Shown here: positions 37,684 to 48,446 of the stretch, piece after piece | How positions within the stretch are numbered: position 1 is the first letter of the stretch | How the letters are laid out: each line of letters begins with the position of its first letter | Assembly: GCA_964347555.1 (NCBI GenBank) | Contig: CAYFZT010000001.1 | Coordinates: forward strand, 1-59,730 | Direction: 5' to 3' | DNA from: an uncultured Candidatus Bathyarchaeia archaeon | GTDB lineage: Archaea > Thermoproteota > Bathyarchaeia > Bathyarchaeales > Bathyarchaeaceae | DNA length: 59,730 bases | The notes under the pieces: model-generated | What the model saw: the letters and a program-made list of their open reading frames with translations, nothing else | Told to the model about the DNA's origin: nothing | Databases searched by the model: none | Position numbers and translations under genes: made by a program

Positions 37684-38709
37684 TCACTTATTTAACACAA
37701 CAATCTTCAAGCATTTCTTGGTTTTCGCAGCTGTTTGAAACGCCTCCGCAGCACGGCTTAACGGGAAACGATGAGTTATCAAGTCATTTGCAGGGATTCT
37801 CCCAGAACTAATCAACTGCAAAGCTATCCTAGTTTCCACATGTGACGTAGAATAAGACGGAATCACAGAGATTTCAGAAAAGAACAGACGATGAGGACTA
37901 ATGCGAGAATATTCCTCTGGCTTAGTAGGTGCGAAAAGACACAAGGTTCCGCCTCTTCGACAAATCTTCATGCCATCAGTCAGCGCCTCCTTCACAGGAG
38001 CCGTAGCAATAACTACATCCGCGCCTCTTCCATCAGTGGCGCCCATAACAGCTTCGCTGAGATTTTCCTGTTTAGAATGCACCGTCACGTCGGCTCCAAA
38101 TTTCTCAGCCATCTTAAGCCTGAAATCAATTAAGTCGCTGACAATAACTTTGCTTGCCCCTGCCATTCGCGCAAGTAGAAGGTGAAGGATTCCTGAGGGT
38201 CCGGCACCTATTATGGCGATTATGTCTCCGGTTTGTATGTTAAGTTTATTTTGAGCGCGAATGCAACAAGCGGTTGGCTCGATTAGGGTTGCTTCTTCAA
38301 AGGAAATGGTGCTTGGGATCTTAAATGTGTCTATCTGTAAGTTTTCTGCTGGAACCTTGAAGTATTCCGCGACCCCTCCGGGATGGATATGAGTGCGCCT
38401 AAATTGTTGGCACATGGTGTAGTCGCCGTGAATACAGAAGTGGCAGGTTAAACAGGCAACATGGTGATGCACGAAAACGCGGTCTTTTAACTCAAAATTT
38501 TTAACGTTTCGTCCAGTTTCTGCCACCACGCCTGTGGGTTCGTGTCCGAGAACCAGGGGCGCTCGGCTTCTGAGATACCAGTCCATGAGGTCTGAACCGC
38601 AGATTCCGCAGGCGTTCATATTCACAAGGATTTCGTCTGGCCCAGGCTTAGGTTGAGGCATGTCTTCTACGCGTATGTCGTCAAGATTGTAATAGACGGC
38701 AGCTTTCAT
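37684..38709 (-). CDS. Zinc-dependent medium-chain alcohol/polyol dehydrogenase
   Basis: CGICGSDL, GHEPTGVV, structural-zinc Cys cluster CLTCHFCIHGDYTMC, and GAGPSG Rossmann motif. Confidence 0.75.
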   Translation of the reverse strand: MKAAVYYNLDDIRVEDMPQPKPGPDEILVNMNACGICGSDLMDWYLRSRAPLVLGHEPTGVVAETGRNVKNFELKDRVFVHHHVACLTCHFCIHGDYTMCQQFRRTHIHPGGVAEYFKVPAENLQIDTFKIPSTISFEEATLIEPTACCIRAQNKLNIQTGDIIAIIGAGPSGILHLLLARMAGASKVIVSDLIDFRLKMAEKFGADVTVHSKQENLSEAVMGATDGRGADVVIATAPVKEALTDGMKICRRGGTLCLFAPTKPEEYSRISPHRLFFSEISVIPSYSTSHVETRIALQLISSGRIPANDLITHRFPLSRAAEAFQTAAKTKKCLKIVVLNK

Positions 38710-38964
38710 TTTGATTCAATGCTGTTTTAGAAGATACATAACTTAAGATTTACCTTTTCTGGGCGATGAGTTTTAACTTTTGAGGAAAAGAGGCGCCTCT
38801 ACTCAACCAATATGAGTATTCATTGAAATAAACGCGGAAACATATAAGAATCGCAAAATCTCTATTATCATGAGTTACCTTGGAGATTCCACGTCATCCG
38901 AAATTTAATCGCGGATTCTTTCATAAGCATAAAGATTGAAGTGGCAGAGATATGATGATGCGAA

Positions 38965-41271
38965 ATGGGTAGAAAACTTGTATTTGCAATGACTTTAATG
39001 ATTTTTTCTCTCATAGGCATTTTAGTTGTATCCATTAGAGTTCAAAAGGTGAAAGGACTCGGAACCATCACCATCAAGGCTGATGGAAGTATTGACCCTC
39101 CAACAGCGAACATTACCAGTTCGGATAATATCACCTATAACTTCACCGATAACAACTACGGCGAGATCGTAGTGAAGAGAAGCAATATAATAATTGATGG
39201 CGCCGGATATGTTGCTCAAGGCAATGGAACGGGAATAGGCTTCAGCTTACAAAGCATAAGCAATGTGACGATCAAAAATACAAACATCAAAAGCTTTACA
39301 TTTGGCATTCACCTCAGCTCGTCTTCTAACTGCAAAATCTTTAGAAATAATATAACGAACAATAATTTTTGTGTCGGGCTTTTCTCGTCGTCCAATAGCA
39401 TTCTATCTGAAAACGTGATGAATGGCAGTAAATTCAACTTATTCTTTCAAGGGGTTGCACTTAGTCATTTTACGCACTCGATCGACGTTTCAAACCTTGT
39501 AGACGGGAAGCCTGTCTACTATCTTGTAAACCAGAAAGACCTCTTGATAAACTCTGTAACGCATTCACAAGTCGGGTATTTTGGGCTTATAAATAGTGTC
39601 AACGTAACGGTTGAAGATTTAGCCCTAACAGACAACTGGCAAGGAATTCTAGTCGCGTATACAAACAATTCAAGAATAATCGGCAACAACATGGCAAACA
39701 ATTTCTATGGAGTCTGGTTTCACTCATCTTTTGGCAACACGATTTCTGGAAATAATATAACGAACAACGATAATGGCGTTGGGTTCTTCTCTTCTTCCAA
39801 CAACAGTCTATACGGAAACAACATAACAAATAATGTTAACAATGGTCTCAAACTCGACTCCTCTTCAAACAACACGTTCTCAGAAAACACTATAACTAAA
39901 AATAAAATAGGCTTTGAGTTCAATAGTTCTTCAAGCAACAGCATATCTGGAAACAACATAACCGCAAATAGTTTCTACGGAATCGAGCTTTTTGATTCTT
40001 CCAATTATAATAGCATCTTTGGCAATAACATCACTGCAAGCAACTTTGAAGGCATCAATCTTTTCAATTCTTCAAATAATAGCATTTTTTGGAATAACAT
40101 AACGACGAATAACCTCGATGGTATCCTGCTCGCGGAGTCTTCGAACTACAATGACATTTTTGAAAACCACATAGCAAACAATGGAATTGGCATCTATCTT
40201 GATTTTTCTTCGAACTATAACCGCATATTTCAAAACGGCATAAAAAACAACAGCTTAGGCATCGAGCTGGGCGAGTCTTCAAACAACAAATTTTTTCATA
40301 ACAGTTTTATTGACAACACAATACAAGTAGAGATTTTCACACCTGGCTACGCTAACATTTGGGACGATGGTTATCCTTTTGGCGGCAACTATTGGAGCGA
40401 TCTCTCTCTTGTTGACTCAAATCGTGACGGCATAGGCGACACTGAGTACGCAATTGACAATAACAATACAGATAACTATCCATTGATGGGCATGTTTTCC
40501 CGTTTCAACACCTCTGCAGGGTATAACGTCGATGTTGTCTCCAACTCAACTATAGCGGATTTTGAACATTTCGAGTCTAACAGCACATTCAGGATGTACG
40601 TCTCCAATGCCTCTTCAAATCAATCATTCGGATTCATTAGAATGCGCATTCCAAAAGCTTTGATGTTTCCTCCATACACGGTTACAATTGATGATGGAAT
40701 TATGGAGGTCCTTTACTTCAACGACACTTTATATGACACTGACACTCACAGATGGATATACTTTGCTTATGAACATTCAACACATAAGATAGTAGTGCAA
40801 GGTTTTCCACCAGATTTCACCCCTCCAAGTATCTCGATTCTGTCTCCAGAAAATAAGACATACAATGTAAATGACGTTTTCCTGAATTTCACTGTAAATG
40901 AACCAACCTCTTGGATGGGCTACAGCTTAGACGGACAAGCGAATGTGACCATCACTAGAAATACAACCCTATCTGGATTGACCAACGGATTGCACAGTGT
41001 AATAGTTTATGCCAACGACACTGCGGGGAACACTGGGGCTTCTGAAATAATCTATTTTAGTATCGATATCCAACAACCAGAGCCTGGAATGCGGGGCTTG
41101 CCAACATTTGAATGGCTGGTCATAGTCATAATAATTGGCATTGTTGGAGCTACCGGATTCGCCCTATACAAGATTTCCAAACAAGATGAAGAAAGTAAAG
41201 AATCCCTTTCTGCTCATTCAATACAAGTGTCCAAAAACTTAAGAATGTTAAATATTCACTTCACTTCATGA
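38965..41271 (+). CDS. Surface protein with a long right-handed parallel beta-helix (PbH1/NosD-like) repeat array and a C-terminal TM anchor
   Basis: Signal/anchor segment, then many units like SxNxIxGNNITNN, then a C-terminal hydrophobic helix WLVIVIIIGIVGATGFALY. Confidence 0.8.
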   Translation: MGRKLVFAMTLMIFSLIGILVVSIRVQKVKGLGTITIKADGSIDPPTANITSSDNITYNFTDNNYGEIVVKRSNIIIDGAGYVAQGNGTGIGFSLQSISNVTIKNTNIKSFTFGIHLSSSSNCKIFRNNITNNNFCVGLFSSSNSILSENVMNGSKFNLFFQGVALSHFTHSIDVSNLVDGKPVYYLVNQKDLLINSVTHSQVGYFGLINSVNVTVEDLALTDNWQGILVAYTNNSRIIGNNMANNFYGVWFHSSFGNTISGNNITNNDNGVGFFSSSNNSLYGNNITNNVNNGLKLDSSSNNTFSENTITKNKIGFEFNSSSSNSISGNNITANSFYGIELFDSSNYNSIFGNNITASNFEGINLFNSSNNSIFWNNITTNNLDGILLAESSNYNDIFENHIANNGIGIYLDFSSNYNRIFQNGIKNNSLGIELGESSNNKFFHNSFIDNTIQVEIFTPGYANIWDDGYPFGGNYWSDLSLVDSNRDGIGDTEYAIDNNNTDNYPLMGMFSRFNTSAGYNVDVVSNSTIADFEHFESNSTFRMYVSNASSNQSFGFIRMRIPKALMFPPYTVTIDDGIMEVLYFNDTLYDTDTHRWIYFAYEHSTHKIVVQGFPPDFTPPSISILSPENKTYNVNDVFLNFTVNEPTSWMGYSLDGQANVTITRNTTLSGLTNGLHSVIVYANDTAGNTGASEIIYFSIDIQQPEPGMRGLPTFEWLVIVIIIGIVGATGFALYKISKQDEESKESLSAHSIQVSKNLRMLNIHFTS
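39703..40317 (+). repeat. Nine consecutive 22-24-codon PbH1 coding repeats
   Basis: FYGVWFHSSFGNTISGNNITNN / DNGVGFFSSSNNSLYGNNITNN / VNNGLKLDSSSNNTFSENTITKN / ... / SLGIELGESSNNKFFHNSFIDN. Confidence 0.8.
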
Positions 41272-41852
41272 AATATGACAATCTAACTCTGGCTGGAGCG
41301 CTTCTATTCATCGGTAGTGTTCAATGTCTTCTAGGAATGCTAATAGCCGAATCATTTTATCCAGGTTACAGTGTCTCAGAAAATTACATAAGCGACCTAG
41401 GCGTCGGCACCACTGCCATCATTTTCAACACGTCAGTGTTTCTGTTTGGCGCATGTGCAGTAGCTTGTGCCTACTTCATTTATCATGCGTTCGGTTCTAA
41501 GCTTCTTTCAATGCTCTTAACCTTAACAGGTATCGGTGCCATGGGTGTGGGATTGTTCCCAGAAAATTTTGGAGTGATACACGGCATCGCTTCCCTTATT
41601 ACCTTTCTGTTCGGGAGTCTGTCTGTTCTCATGTCTTATAGACTGTTGAAATCGCCTTCTTCATACCTTTCTATTCTATTGGGAGCAATGTCGCTGGTGG
41701 CACTTGTTCTCTTCGGTTCTGGCACTTATCTGGGTTTAGGCAGAGGTGGAATGGAACGCATGATTGCTTATCCTGCTCTGCTTTGGGGAGTAGGCTTCGG
41801 CGGTTATCTCATGAATTCTTCCAATGAGAAAGGTGCATTTGAAAAATCATAG
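41268..41852 (+). CDS. DUF998-family membrane protein
   Basis: ENYISDLGVG motif and six hydrophobic helices. ATGA overlap with the beta-helix gene. Confidence 0.6.
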   Translation: MKYDNLTLAGALLFIGSVQCLLGMLIAESFYPGYSVSENYISDLGVGTTAIIFNTSVFLFGACAVACAYFIYHAFGSKLLSMLLTLTGIGAMGVGLFPENFGVIHGIASLITFLFGSLSVLMSYRLLKSPSSYLSILLGAMSLVALVLFGSGTYLGLGRGGMERMIAYPALLWGVGFGGYLMNSSNEKGAFEKS

Positions 41853-41864
41853 TTGATCTTTCAA

Positions 41865-43166
41865 TCATGCTCTTCTATCTCTTAACTTCGCAAAAAACAA
41901 GCCCATTCCCAAGAAAACCAGGAGAGAGGAAACAAGGAAGGCGTTTATGTATGCATCACGAGCTGGAATCTTGAGTACTTCCGTCTGAAAATCAGCGAAG
42001 GGTCCGCCTATTAGAAAGCCTGCTGGTCCCCAGCTGAGCGCCATTACCGTGTTGTAACGGCTGAGAAGTCGTCCTCGTTTGTGTTCTGGAATTATGTCGC
42101 CTGCAAGGGTGAATCCGACAGTTTGAATTGTCATGAAAGCAAGACCGTTTAATCCATATATTATCGCCATTATAGCGGCGTCTGGAACGAATTTGTAGAG
42201 AAGGGGGATAACAGCTGAAAGAATTAGTCCAGCCAAGATAACGTCGACTCTTCCTATTCTGTCAGAAAGTTTTCCAAGAGCCACGCTGGCAATCATTCCG
42301 CCGATGGTCCACGCAGCAACTATTAGGCTTATTTCGACATCGCTTGCAGCCAAACCGTTTTCCAACTGCAAGAAAAACAGAAATATCTGGTTGATGGATG
42401 CTGCGCCTAAGACCACAATGATTAGAGAAACTAGGAACCAAGAGAACCTTTTTTCGTTGGAAAATTCACTCCTCCTTCTCTGGGCTGGAAGGGGCTCAGC
42501 TTTCTCCTTTTCTTCACGTGAAATCGAAGCCTGCCGTTTCTGCGTTTTAATTGATTTAGAAGCCTGCCACATTATGGCGGCACCAATTAGAAGCATGGTG
42601 ACAACTACGTAGAAGATTGTTCCCTCTTTGAAACCGGCGCCTTCGCGGTAAAGAAAACCAGCGATTAACACTCCAGTCATTCGTCCGACAGAGGCTAGAA
42701 AGTTGAAGGCGCCAATGAGTCCGCCTCTAGTCTTTGGAGTTGTTACGTCTGTAATTAGAGCTGCCCAGCCGACGTCTGACATGGACCAAAAGAATTCCAG
42801 TAGCGAAAGTCCAATAATGACAGCTAGCCCTGTGTCAAAGCTTCTTCCTGCTTCTAGCAGAGATTTGTGAACAAGAAAAACGATGATGTAGGCGAATCCA
42901 GCGATTAGCTCTCCGGTAACAACCAGTTTTGCTCTCAGTTGATAGCGATCTGAGATTCTTCCCCAGAGTAGGTTTTGTCCAGCGGCTGACGTCAGCATTG
43001 TGAACGTTCCAAGCCCAGCTGTTAAGGTAACTCTTCTCAAGAGCGAAAACAGGTAAATATACATGAAAGAATAGAATATGCCCCGTCTCATGAAGGATAG
43101 AAACTGAAAAGACCCTAAACCGAAGAACGCACTTTTTCCTAATGCACTTTCCCAGATGCCTTTCAT
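41865..43166 (-). CDS. MFS transporter
   Basis: About 12 TM segments in two halves separated by a charged loop. GRISDRYQLR- and GKLSDRIGR-type MFS loop motifs. Confidence 0.8.
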   Translation of the reverse strand: MKGIWESALGKSAFFGLGSFQFLSFMRRGIFYSFMYIYLFSLLRRVTLTAGLGTFTMLTSAAGQNLLWGRISDRYQLRAKLVVTGELIAGFAYIIVFLVHKSLLEAGRSFDTGLAVIIGLSLLEFFWSMSDVGWAALITDVTTPKTRGGLIGAFNFLASVGRMTGVLIAGFLYREGAGFKEGTIFYVVVTMLLIGAAIMWQASKSIKTQKRQASISREEKEKAEPLPAQRRRSEFSNEKRFSWFLVSLIIVVLGAASINQIFLFFLQLENGLAASDVEISLIVAAWTIGGMIASVALGKLSDRIGRVDVILAGLILSAVIPLLYKFVPDAAIMAIIYGLNGLAFMTIQTVGFTLAGDIIPEHKRGRLLSRYNTVMALSWGPAGFLIGGPFADFQTEVLKIPARDAYINAFLVSSLLVFLGMGLFFAKLRDRRA

Positions 43167-43275
43167 TGGCTTCTCAGCCTTGATAGACCAACATAAAGCA
43201 GCATTGGACTCTAAAGGATTTCTTCACCAGTCATTTATATAACAAATGCAAGAGAGAAATGTCAATGGACGTGTT

Positions 43276-44291
43276 CTACCAGTTTTTGGTTTCGTATTTG
43301 TTTTCTATCCACGTGTTGCCAGTGCCTGTTCCGTCCCAGTACAAGTCAAACTCATTGTTGCGCAGAACGATGTTCTCCTTGATGGTGTTCTTGGAAGCGT
43401 GGTATCCAACCAATATTCCGAAGTGGGCATTTCTCAGAACTATGTTTCCCTCCACCAAGTTTTCATCTGAAAGGCCGATGCTGATTCCGTATGCATTGCA
43501 CACAATGATGTTTCCTTTGACAGTGTTACAGCCTGCCCAAACAATGACGATGCCAGTTCTGCTGTTGTTTATGACTAGGTTTTCCATGACAGAGTTGTAA
43601 ACCGATTCAATAAGGTGGATTCCAACATATTCATTTTTCGTGATAAGGTTACGACTGATATCATTGTTGTCTGAACGTTCGAGGAGGATGCCACCGCCAA
43701 GATTATTTCTGATAATATTCTTTTGGATAGTGTTGTAGCCAGCCAACCACAGGGAAATGCCTGGAGAAAGATGGTTGGCTATGATGTTCTGTTCAACCCT
43801 GTTGAAAGCGCCATGAATGATAATGCCGGTGCCAGAATTGTTTATGACTATGTTGTTTCTGATGACGTTACCGTCGCTATCTGCTTCGATGCCGTGGTAG
43901 TTCTCGGTGAAAAAATTTTTCTCCACTGTGCAACTATCTGAGGCGGAAGGCAAGTAAATTCCTGCGTAACCCCCGTTGACTATCGTGAATCCTTTATTGT
44001 TACTTTGCTTGACGTCACGTGGAATACGCCCATCCTTCTCTGAAGTCCATCAACAGTCACTTTTCCATCTGCTATCAAAGTTAGCGGCTTGGTCACGTTG
44101 ATCCGTCCTTCAGCGTAATATCCTCTTGAAACCACAATGGTGTCTCCAGGACTCGCCGCGTCAACTGCCTCCTGTATGCTCAGATAGTCACGGGGCACTC
44201 TAATAACATCAGAATCTGCTTCCACAGGAAACAAAGAAAATGTTACAACCGAAAGAAACAGTATAACCAGTACAGATGCCTTAAAGTGCAT
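43276..44291 (-). pseudogene. Secreted NosD-like beta-helix protein interrupted by a 1-nt frameshift
   Basis: The N-terminal ORF (signal peptide, PGDTIVVSRGYYAE) ends ...SSKVTIKDSR*. A different frame continues GFTIVNGGYAGIYLPSASDSCTVEKN and runs into ORF 43276..43953. Restoring one G in aagga (about 43990) would give the canonical VTIKGFTIVNGG. Confidence 0.65.
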
Positions 44292-44440
44292 TCTCCGATT
44301 CTCCCCCAGTTAATAACCTAGAAAACCCGCTATTAATCTATTCCTATGCACCTTTTTTGCATACACGCATCTGCAAATCTAACTCACATTATATTTAAAT
44401 TGCTCTAGAATCATTCAGATAATTGGTGTTGAGGGGCTAA

Positions 44441-46939
44441 TTGAAAAGGCGGATACTCTTTCCCTTCTCAGCCATCGTAGGCTTAGACAAGCTTAAGCTA
44501 GCCGTTTTAATAAACGCAATTAACCCCAAAATAGGCGGAGTGTTAATTCGGGGTCCAAAAGGTTCAGGCAAAACAACAATTGTACGCGCTTTAGCTGACA
44601 TCTTACCCGAACTTGCTGTTGTCAAAGACTGCCCTTTCAAATGTAGCCCCAACGACCCTTCAAACATGTGCCCCACCTGTAGCGAACGTTACCATAAGGG
44701 CAAAAATCTGCCCACTGAAAAGCGAAAGATGACGGTTGTTAACTTGCCTTTAGGTGCTACAGAAGACCGAGTTGTAGGCAGCCTAGATGTGGAAAAGGCT
44801 ATCAAATTAGGAATTGAAGCCTTAGAGCCAGGCATCTTAGCAGAGGCTAACCAAAACATTTTGTATGTCGACGAAATCAACTTACTGCCCGATCATATCG
44901 CTGATGACTTGCTAGACGCAGCTGCAACTGGCTGGAATGTTGTAGAACGCGAAGGAATATCTGTCAGCCACCCTTCCAGATTTATCTTCATCGGAACCAT
45001 GAATCCAGAAGAAGGAGAACTTCGACCCCAACTTCTAGACCGTTTCCCTCTCTCTGTGAGTGTGGGAAGAATAAATTCGATTAAAGAAAGAATGGAGGTA
45101 GTGAAAAGAAATCTCGAATTTGAAAGGAACCCTGAGAGTTTCTTAAAAATATACGCTCCTACTCAAAAGGAGCTAGAAAGCAAAATTCTCCAAGCCAGAA
45201 ATATTCTGTCGAAAGTGGAGATAGCGGAGAAGCTGCTTGAAGCGATATGCAAGGCTTGTTTAGATCTCAAAGTTGACGGTATGAGACCCGACATTGTCCT
45301 CAGCAAAACAGCGCAGACACTGGCAGCGTTTGAGGATAGAACATCGGTCTCTCTAAATGATGTTCTAGTAGCCTCTGAACTTGCTCTGAGCCATAGGACA
45401 AGAGAGGGAGGATTCTTAGAGCCAGCTACAAAAGATGAAATTAAAAAGGTCTTCATGGCAGCTATCAAAGAGGTGCAATACATACCTGCCGAAGCAATAC
45501 AAAAAGTCGAAGAACAGAAGGAAAAGGCAAAAGGCAAAGAGTCTCCGAGATGGGTTAAGGCTGTCTTCAAAGAGGTCGGAGATGCAAGCGAAAAAGAGGA
45601 AGAGCAATTCAGAAAATTACTTTACAAACGCCGCATATGGAGGCTCCTTAATAGACTCCAATTCACACTTAACACTCACATATTTGGACTTACAAAGAGA
45701 CTGAAACGCGCGATTGAGGAAGCGCCCATTGTAGACAGCGTCGTCAAGGGAAGAACCAAAGCTAAAGGGTATAAGGGAGAAAAAATTCCAGAAAAGAAAG
45801 AACCCAAGCAATTTTCCTTCACAACAGAACAGCGCGATGAGACTTCTGAAGAGCCGAAGCTTGGTATAGCAAGAATACCTGAAGAGAAGATGAAAGGAAT
45901 TCCAACAGTTAGCTCCGCGGTTAAATCTTCAGATATGATTACAGGTATCTCCATATTCACTAAGATTAAGAAAACCGCTCTCGCTCCGTTTAAATTTTCT
46001 TTTGAAGTGAAGGCTTCAACCAAAAAAAAGATTAGCAGTCAAGCTGGCAAGAGAGCTGAAACCATAACGACACTGCATCGTGGACGACCCCGCGGCTGGA
46101 GTTTTCCCAAAGGTAAACCCAGAGACATACATCTTCCAGCCACCATCAGAGCAGCAGCATTAAGGCAGAAATACCGGAAAAAGCCTCTAGAAACCGCGCT
46201 TAAGATAAGTGTTAAGGATGTGCGAGAGAAACTACGTCTATACAAGGCACCGATGACTCTAGTTTTTGTTATAGACCTAAGCGGCTCAATGATGCTGAAT
46301 ATTGAATCCGTAAAGAATGCTTTGCTGCAACTTCACAGAGACGCCTATCGCTATAGAGACAGAGCAGGCATAGTAGCCCTAAAAGACACAGGCGCAGTCG
46401 TTGTTCAACATCCAACAACAAATCTAAGAGTTGTAGCAAACAAGTTGATAGGACTAAAAATCAGCGGCTTTACACCTTTAGCTGCTGGAATGCTCAAGGC
46501 TTCAGAAGTCTTGAAAGAGGCAAAACGAAGAAACAGATCGACAATACCTGTCATGGTCATAATAACCGATGGCAGCGCAAATGTACCCTTACTGAGAAGT
46601 CTAGAAACAAGTGAAATACGCAGCTTTGATGAAATCGGCATCATCACCCGAGAGTTCGAAGAATTAGCTGTAAAAGACGTAATCTCGGTTTCAAAAATGA
46701 TTCAGAAAGAGGGAGTTTACACTGTAGTTGTGAACACAAATCCCAACTTTTATGGCAGAGAAACCTACGGGTTTTCCGTAACCCAGCAGATAGCCACAAT
46801 CACTAAAGGCAGTCTACATGTGGTTGGAAGACTTGCGAGTAAGGATGAACTCACCGAAAGAATCTTTGAAAAGATAGCTGAAGACCAGAGATTGATAGCA
46901 TACAAGATACGAAATCCCCAGCTTCCCACAAGAGTCTAG
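44441..46939 (+). CDS. ChlI-like AAA+ ATPase fused to a ChlD-like vWA domain (Mg-chelatase I/D-type fusion)
   Basis: [40 protein letters not shown] (Walker A), LYVDEINLL (Walker B), RPQLLDRF. Then a K/E-rich linker of about 250 aa, a GRPRGW segment, and a vWA domain with MIDAS DLSGSM...TPL...TDG. Confidence 0.8.
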   Translation: MKRRILFPFSAIVGLDKLKLAVLINAINPKIGGVLIRGPKGSGKTTIVRALADILPELAVVKDCPFKCSPNDPSNMCPTCSERYHKGKNLPTEKRKMTVVNLPLGATEDRVVGSLDVEKAIKLGIEALEPGILAEANQNILYVDEINLLPDHIADDLLDAAATGWNVVEREGISVSHPSRFIFIGTMNPEEGELRPQLLDRFPLSVSVGRINSIKERMEVVKRNLEFERNPESFLKIYAPTQKELESKILQARNILSKVEIAEKLLEAICKACLDLKVDGMRPDIVLSKTAQTLAAFEDRTSVSLNDVLVASELALSHRTREGGFLEPATKDEIKKVFMAAIKEVQYIPAEAIQKVEEQKEKAKGKESPRWVKAVFKEVGDASEKEEEQFRKLLYKRRIWRLLNRLQFTLNTHIFGLTKRLKRAIEEAPIVDSVVKGRTKAKGYKGEKIPEKKEPKQFSFTTEQRDETSEEPKLGIARIPEEKMKGIPTVSSAVKSSDMITGISIFTKIKKTALAPFKFSFEVKASTKKKISSQAGKRAETITTLHRGRPRGWSFPKGKPRDIHLPATIRAAALRQKYRKKPLETALKISVKDVREKLRLYKAPMTLVFVIDLSGSMMLNIESVKNALLQLHRDAYRYRDRAGIVALKDTGAVVVQHPTTNLRVVANKLIGLKISGFTPLAAGMLKASEVLKEAKRRNRSTIPVMVIITDGSANVPLLRSLETSEIRSFDEIGIITREFEELAVKDVISVSKMIQKEGVYTVVVNTNPNFYGRETYGFSVTQQIATITKGSLHVVGRLASKDELTERIFEKIAEDQRLIAYKIRNPQLPTRV

Positions 46940-46999
46940 CCACAATCTTTGGCAACTGTCTACACTATAAATTTTTAAATCGTGCAAAGAAAACTATGA

Positions 47000-47539
47000 G
47001 TGATTATAATGACTAAACAAAAGATTGTTATTTGGATGGGCTCATCCAGCGATATTCCCTTTGCACACCGCATTGAAGACTTTGTTAAAGAAGAAAGATT
47101 TTCCGTGAAATGTGAATACCGCATCTCTTCAGCGCACAAAACTCCAGAAAAGCTGCTGAAGGAACTGAAAGTTTACGAGCAATCTGGCGACAATATTGTC
47201 TATGTTACTGTTGCTGGCTTGTCCGATGCTCTTTCTGGAGTCGTCGCTGGTAATTCCAATTATCCAGTTATTGCTTGTTCTCCAGATGCTGAAAAACACG
47301 GGTGGTCAAAGGTTTTCTCTTCTGTAATGACCCCGAAAGGCGTAACAGTCTCTTATATAGTAGAACCAGAAAACGCTGCTTTAATGGCTGTAAAAATTCT
47401 TGCTCTGTCAAATCCTTCGCTTCGCAAGGAAATCGAAAAGTTCATGCAAAAAATGAGAAAGACTGTTGAAAATGCAGATGAAGAATTGAGGAAAAAAGAG
47501 GTTTATGAGCTCCACAGAGAACACTTTGAGGCAGAATAA
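47000..47539 (+). CDS. purE: PurE (AIR carboxylase / N5-CAIR mutase family)
   Basis: MGSSSD, SAHKTP and AGLSDALSGVVAG motifs. The start is GTG 47000 or ATG 47009. Confidence 0.85.
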   Translation: MIIMTKQKIVIWMGSSSDIPFAHRIEDFVKEERFSVKCEYRISSAHKTPEKLLKELKVYEQSGDNIVYVTVAGLSDALSGVVAGNSNYPVIACSPDAEKHGWSKVFSSVMTPKGVTVSYIVEPENAALMAVKILALSNPSLRKEIEKFMQKMRKTVENADEELRKKEVYELHREHFEAE

Positions 47540-48372
47540 TGCACTGCGAGATTATTTTGGAAACAAATCTTCCCTATGCGTTATTTAAGAGAGGGAAAGT
47601 ACGAGATGTCTACGACCTGAAAGACAGACTTCTAATCGTCTCAACCGACAGAATTTCAGCCTTTGATGTAGTGTTGCCAAACGGTGTTCCCTGCAAAGGC
47701 GAAGCCCTCAACAGACTTTCTAACTACTGGTTTAAGGAAACAGAAGATATCGTCCAAAATCACATACTCGAAGTTATGGATCCAAGAATGGTTCTTGTAA
47801 AGAAAGCTAACCCTATAGACATCGAATTTGTAGTGAGAGGCTACCTATACGGCTCCTTATGGAAGAAATACGCTAATGGAAAAGCATCAGATATTCCATC
47901 GGGCTTAAGAGAGGCTGAGCGCCTTCCAAATCCTATTCTTACACCTACCACTAAGGCTGAAGTAGGCCATGATGTTGACATTGAAAGAAAAGAGGTTATC
48001 AAAAAAGTTGGAAAAACTGTAGCTGAAGAGATTGACGAAGTTTGCCTAAAAATCTACGAAAAAGCTTCTAGAAAAGCGGAAGCCAACGGAATAATCATTG
48101 CTGACACAAAACTAGAGTTCGGCTTCTGCGATGACGAGTTAATTCTCATTGATGAACTGCTTACGCCTGATTCGTCCCGTTTTTGGCCTGTTGAAAAGTA
48201 TAAAATCGGTGGAAGTCAGTTCAGTTTTGACAAACAATACGTCAGAGATTACTTAGAAAGTATAAAATGGAACAAGAAGCCGCCAGCGCCAAACCTGCCC
48301 GAACGCATTATTCTTGAAACATCTAAAAAATACGTTGAAGCTTATGAGCGGTTAACTGGCAGAAAGTTTTGA
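47539..48372 (+). CDS. purC: SAICAR synthetase
   Basis: GKVRDVYDL, STDRISAFD, KGEALNRLSNYWF, and LIDELLTPDSSRFW. Confidence 0.9.
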   Translation: MHCEIILETNLPYALFKRGKVRDVYDLKDRLLIVSTDRISAFDVVLPNGVPCKGEALNRLSNYWFKETEDIVQNHILEVMDPRMVLVKKANPIDIEFVVRGYLYGSLWKKYANGKASDIPSGLREAERLPNPILTPTTKAEVGHDVDIERKEVIKKVGKTVAEEIDEVCLKIYEKASRKAEANGIIIADTKLEFGFCDDELILIDELLTPDSSRFWPVEKYKIGGSQFSFDKQYVRDYLESIKWNKKPPAPNLPERIILETSKKYVEAYERLTGRKF

Positions 48373-48446
48373 TTTATAAGTGTCAAAAACTTCTAAATAG
48401 AAAGTGTTAAATTTTCTATTAATTGTCTAAGAAATGGTGAAACATC

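Noticed and set aside
38951-39010. ATGATGA (C-box-like) upstream of the beta-helix gene, considered as a possible C/D box sRNA
   Set aside because: No CTGA D box or C'/D' pair lies at a suitable distance, and it overlaps the start of a CDS.
39703-40317. Regular DNA periodicity of about 66-69 nt, considered as a possible CRISPR-like or satellite array
   Set aside because: The units are degenerate at the DNA level, have no spacer structure, and translate into in-frame PbH1 beta-helix coils.
45163-46647. Multiple antisense ORFs within the ChlI-ChlD gene
   Set aside because: They are shadows of a purine-rich (Lys/Glu) coding strand, and the sense frame has clear AAA+ and vWA motifs.
48396-48420. 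8-bp inverted repeat AATAGAAA/TTTCTATT between purC and purP
   Set aside because: It is AT-only and weak as RNA structure, and sits in an AT-rich promoter-like spacer. It is most likely incidental or part of a TATA region.
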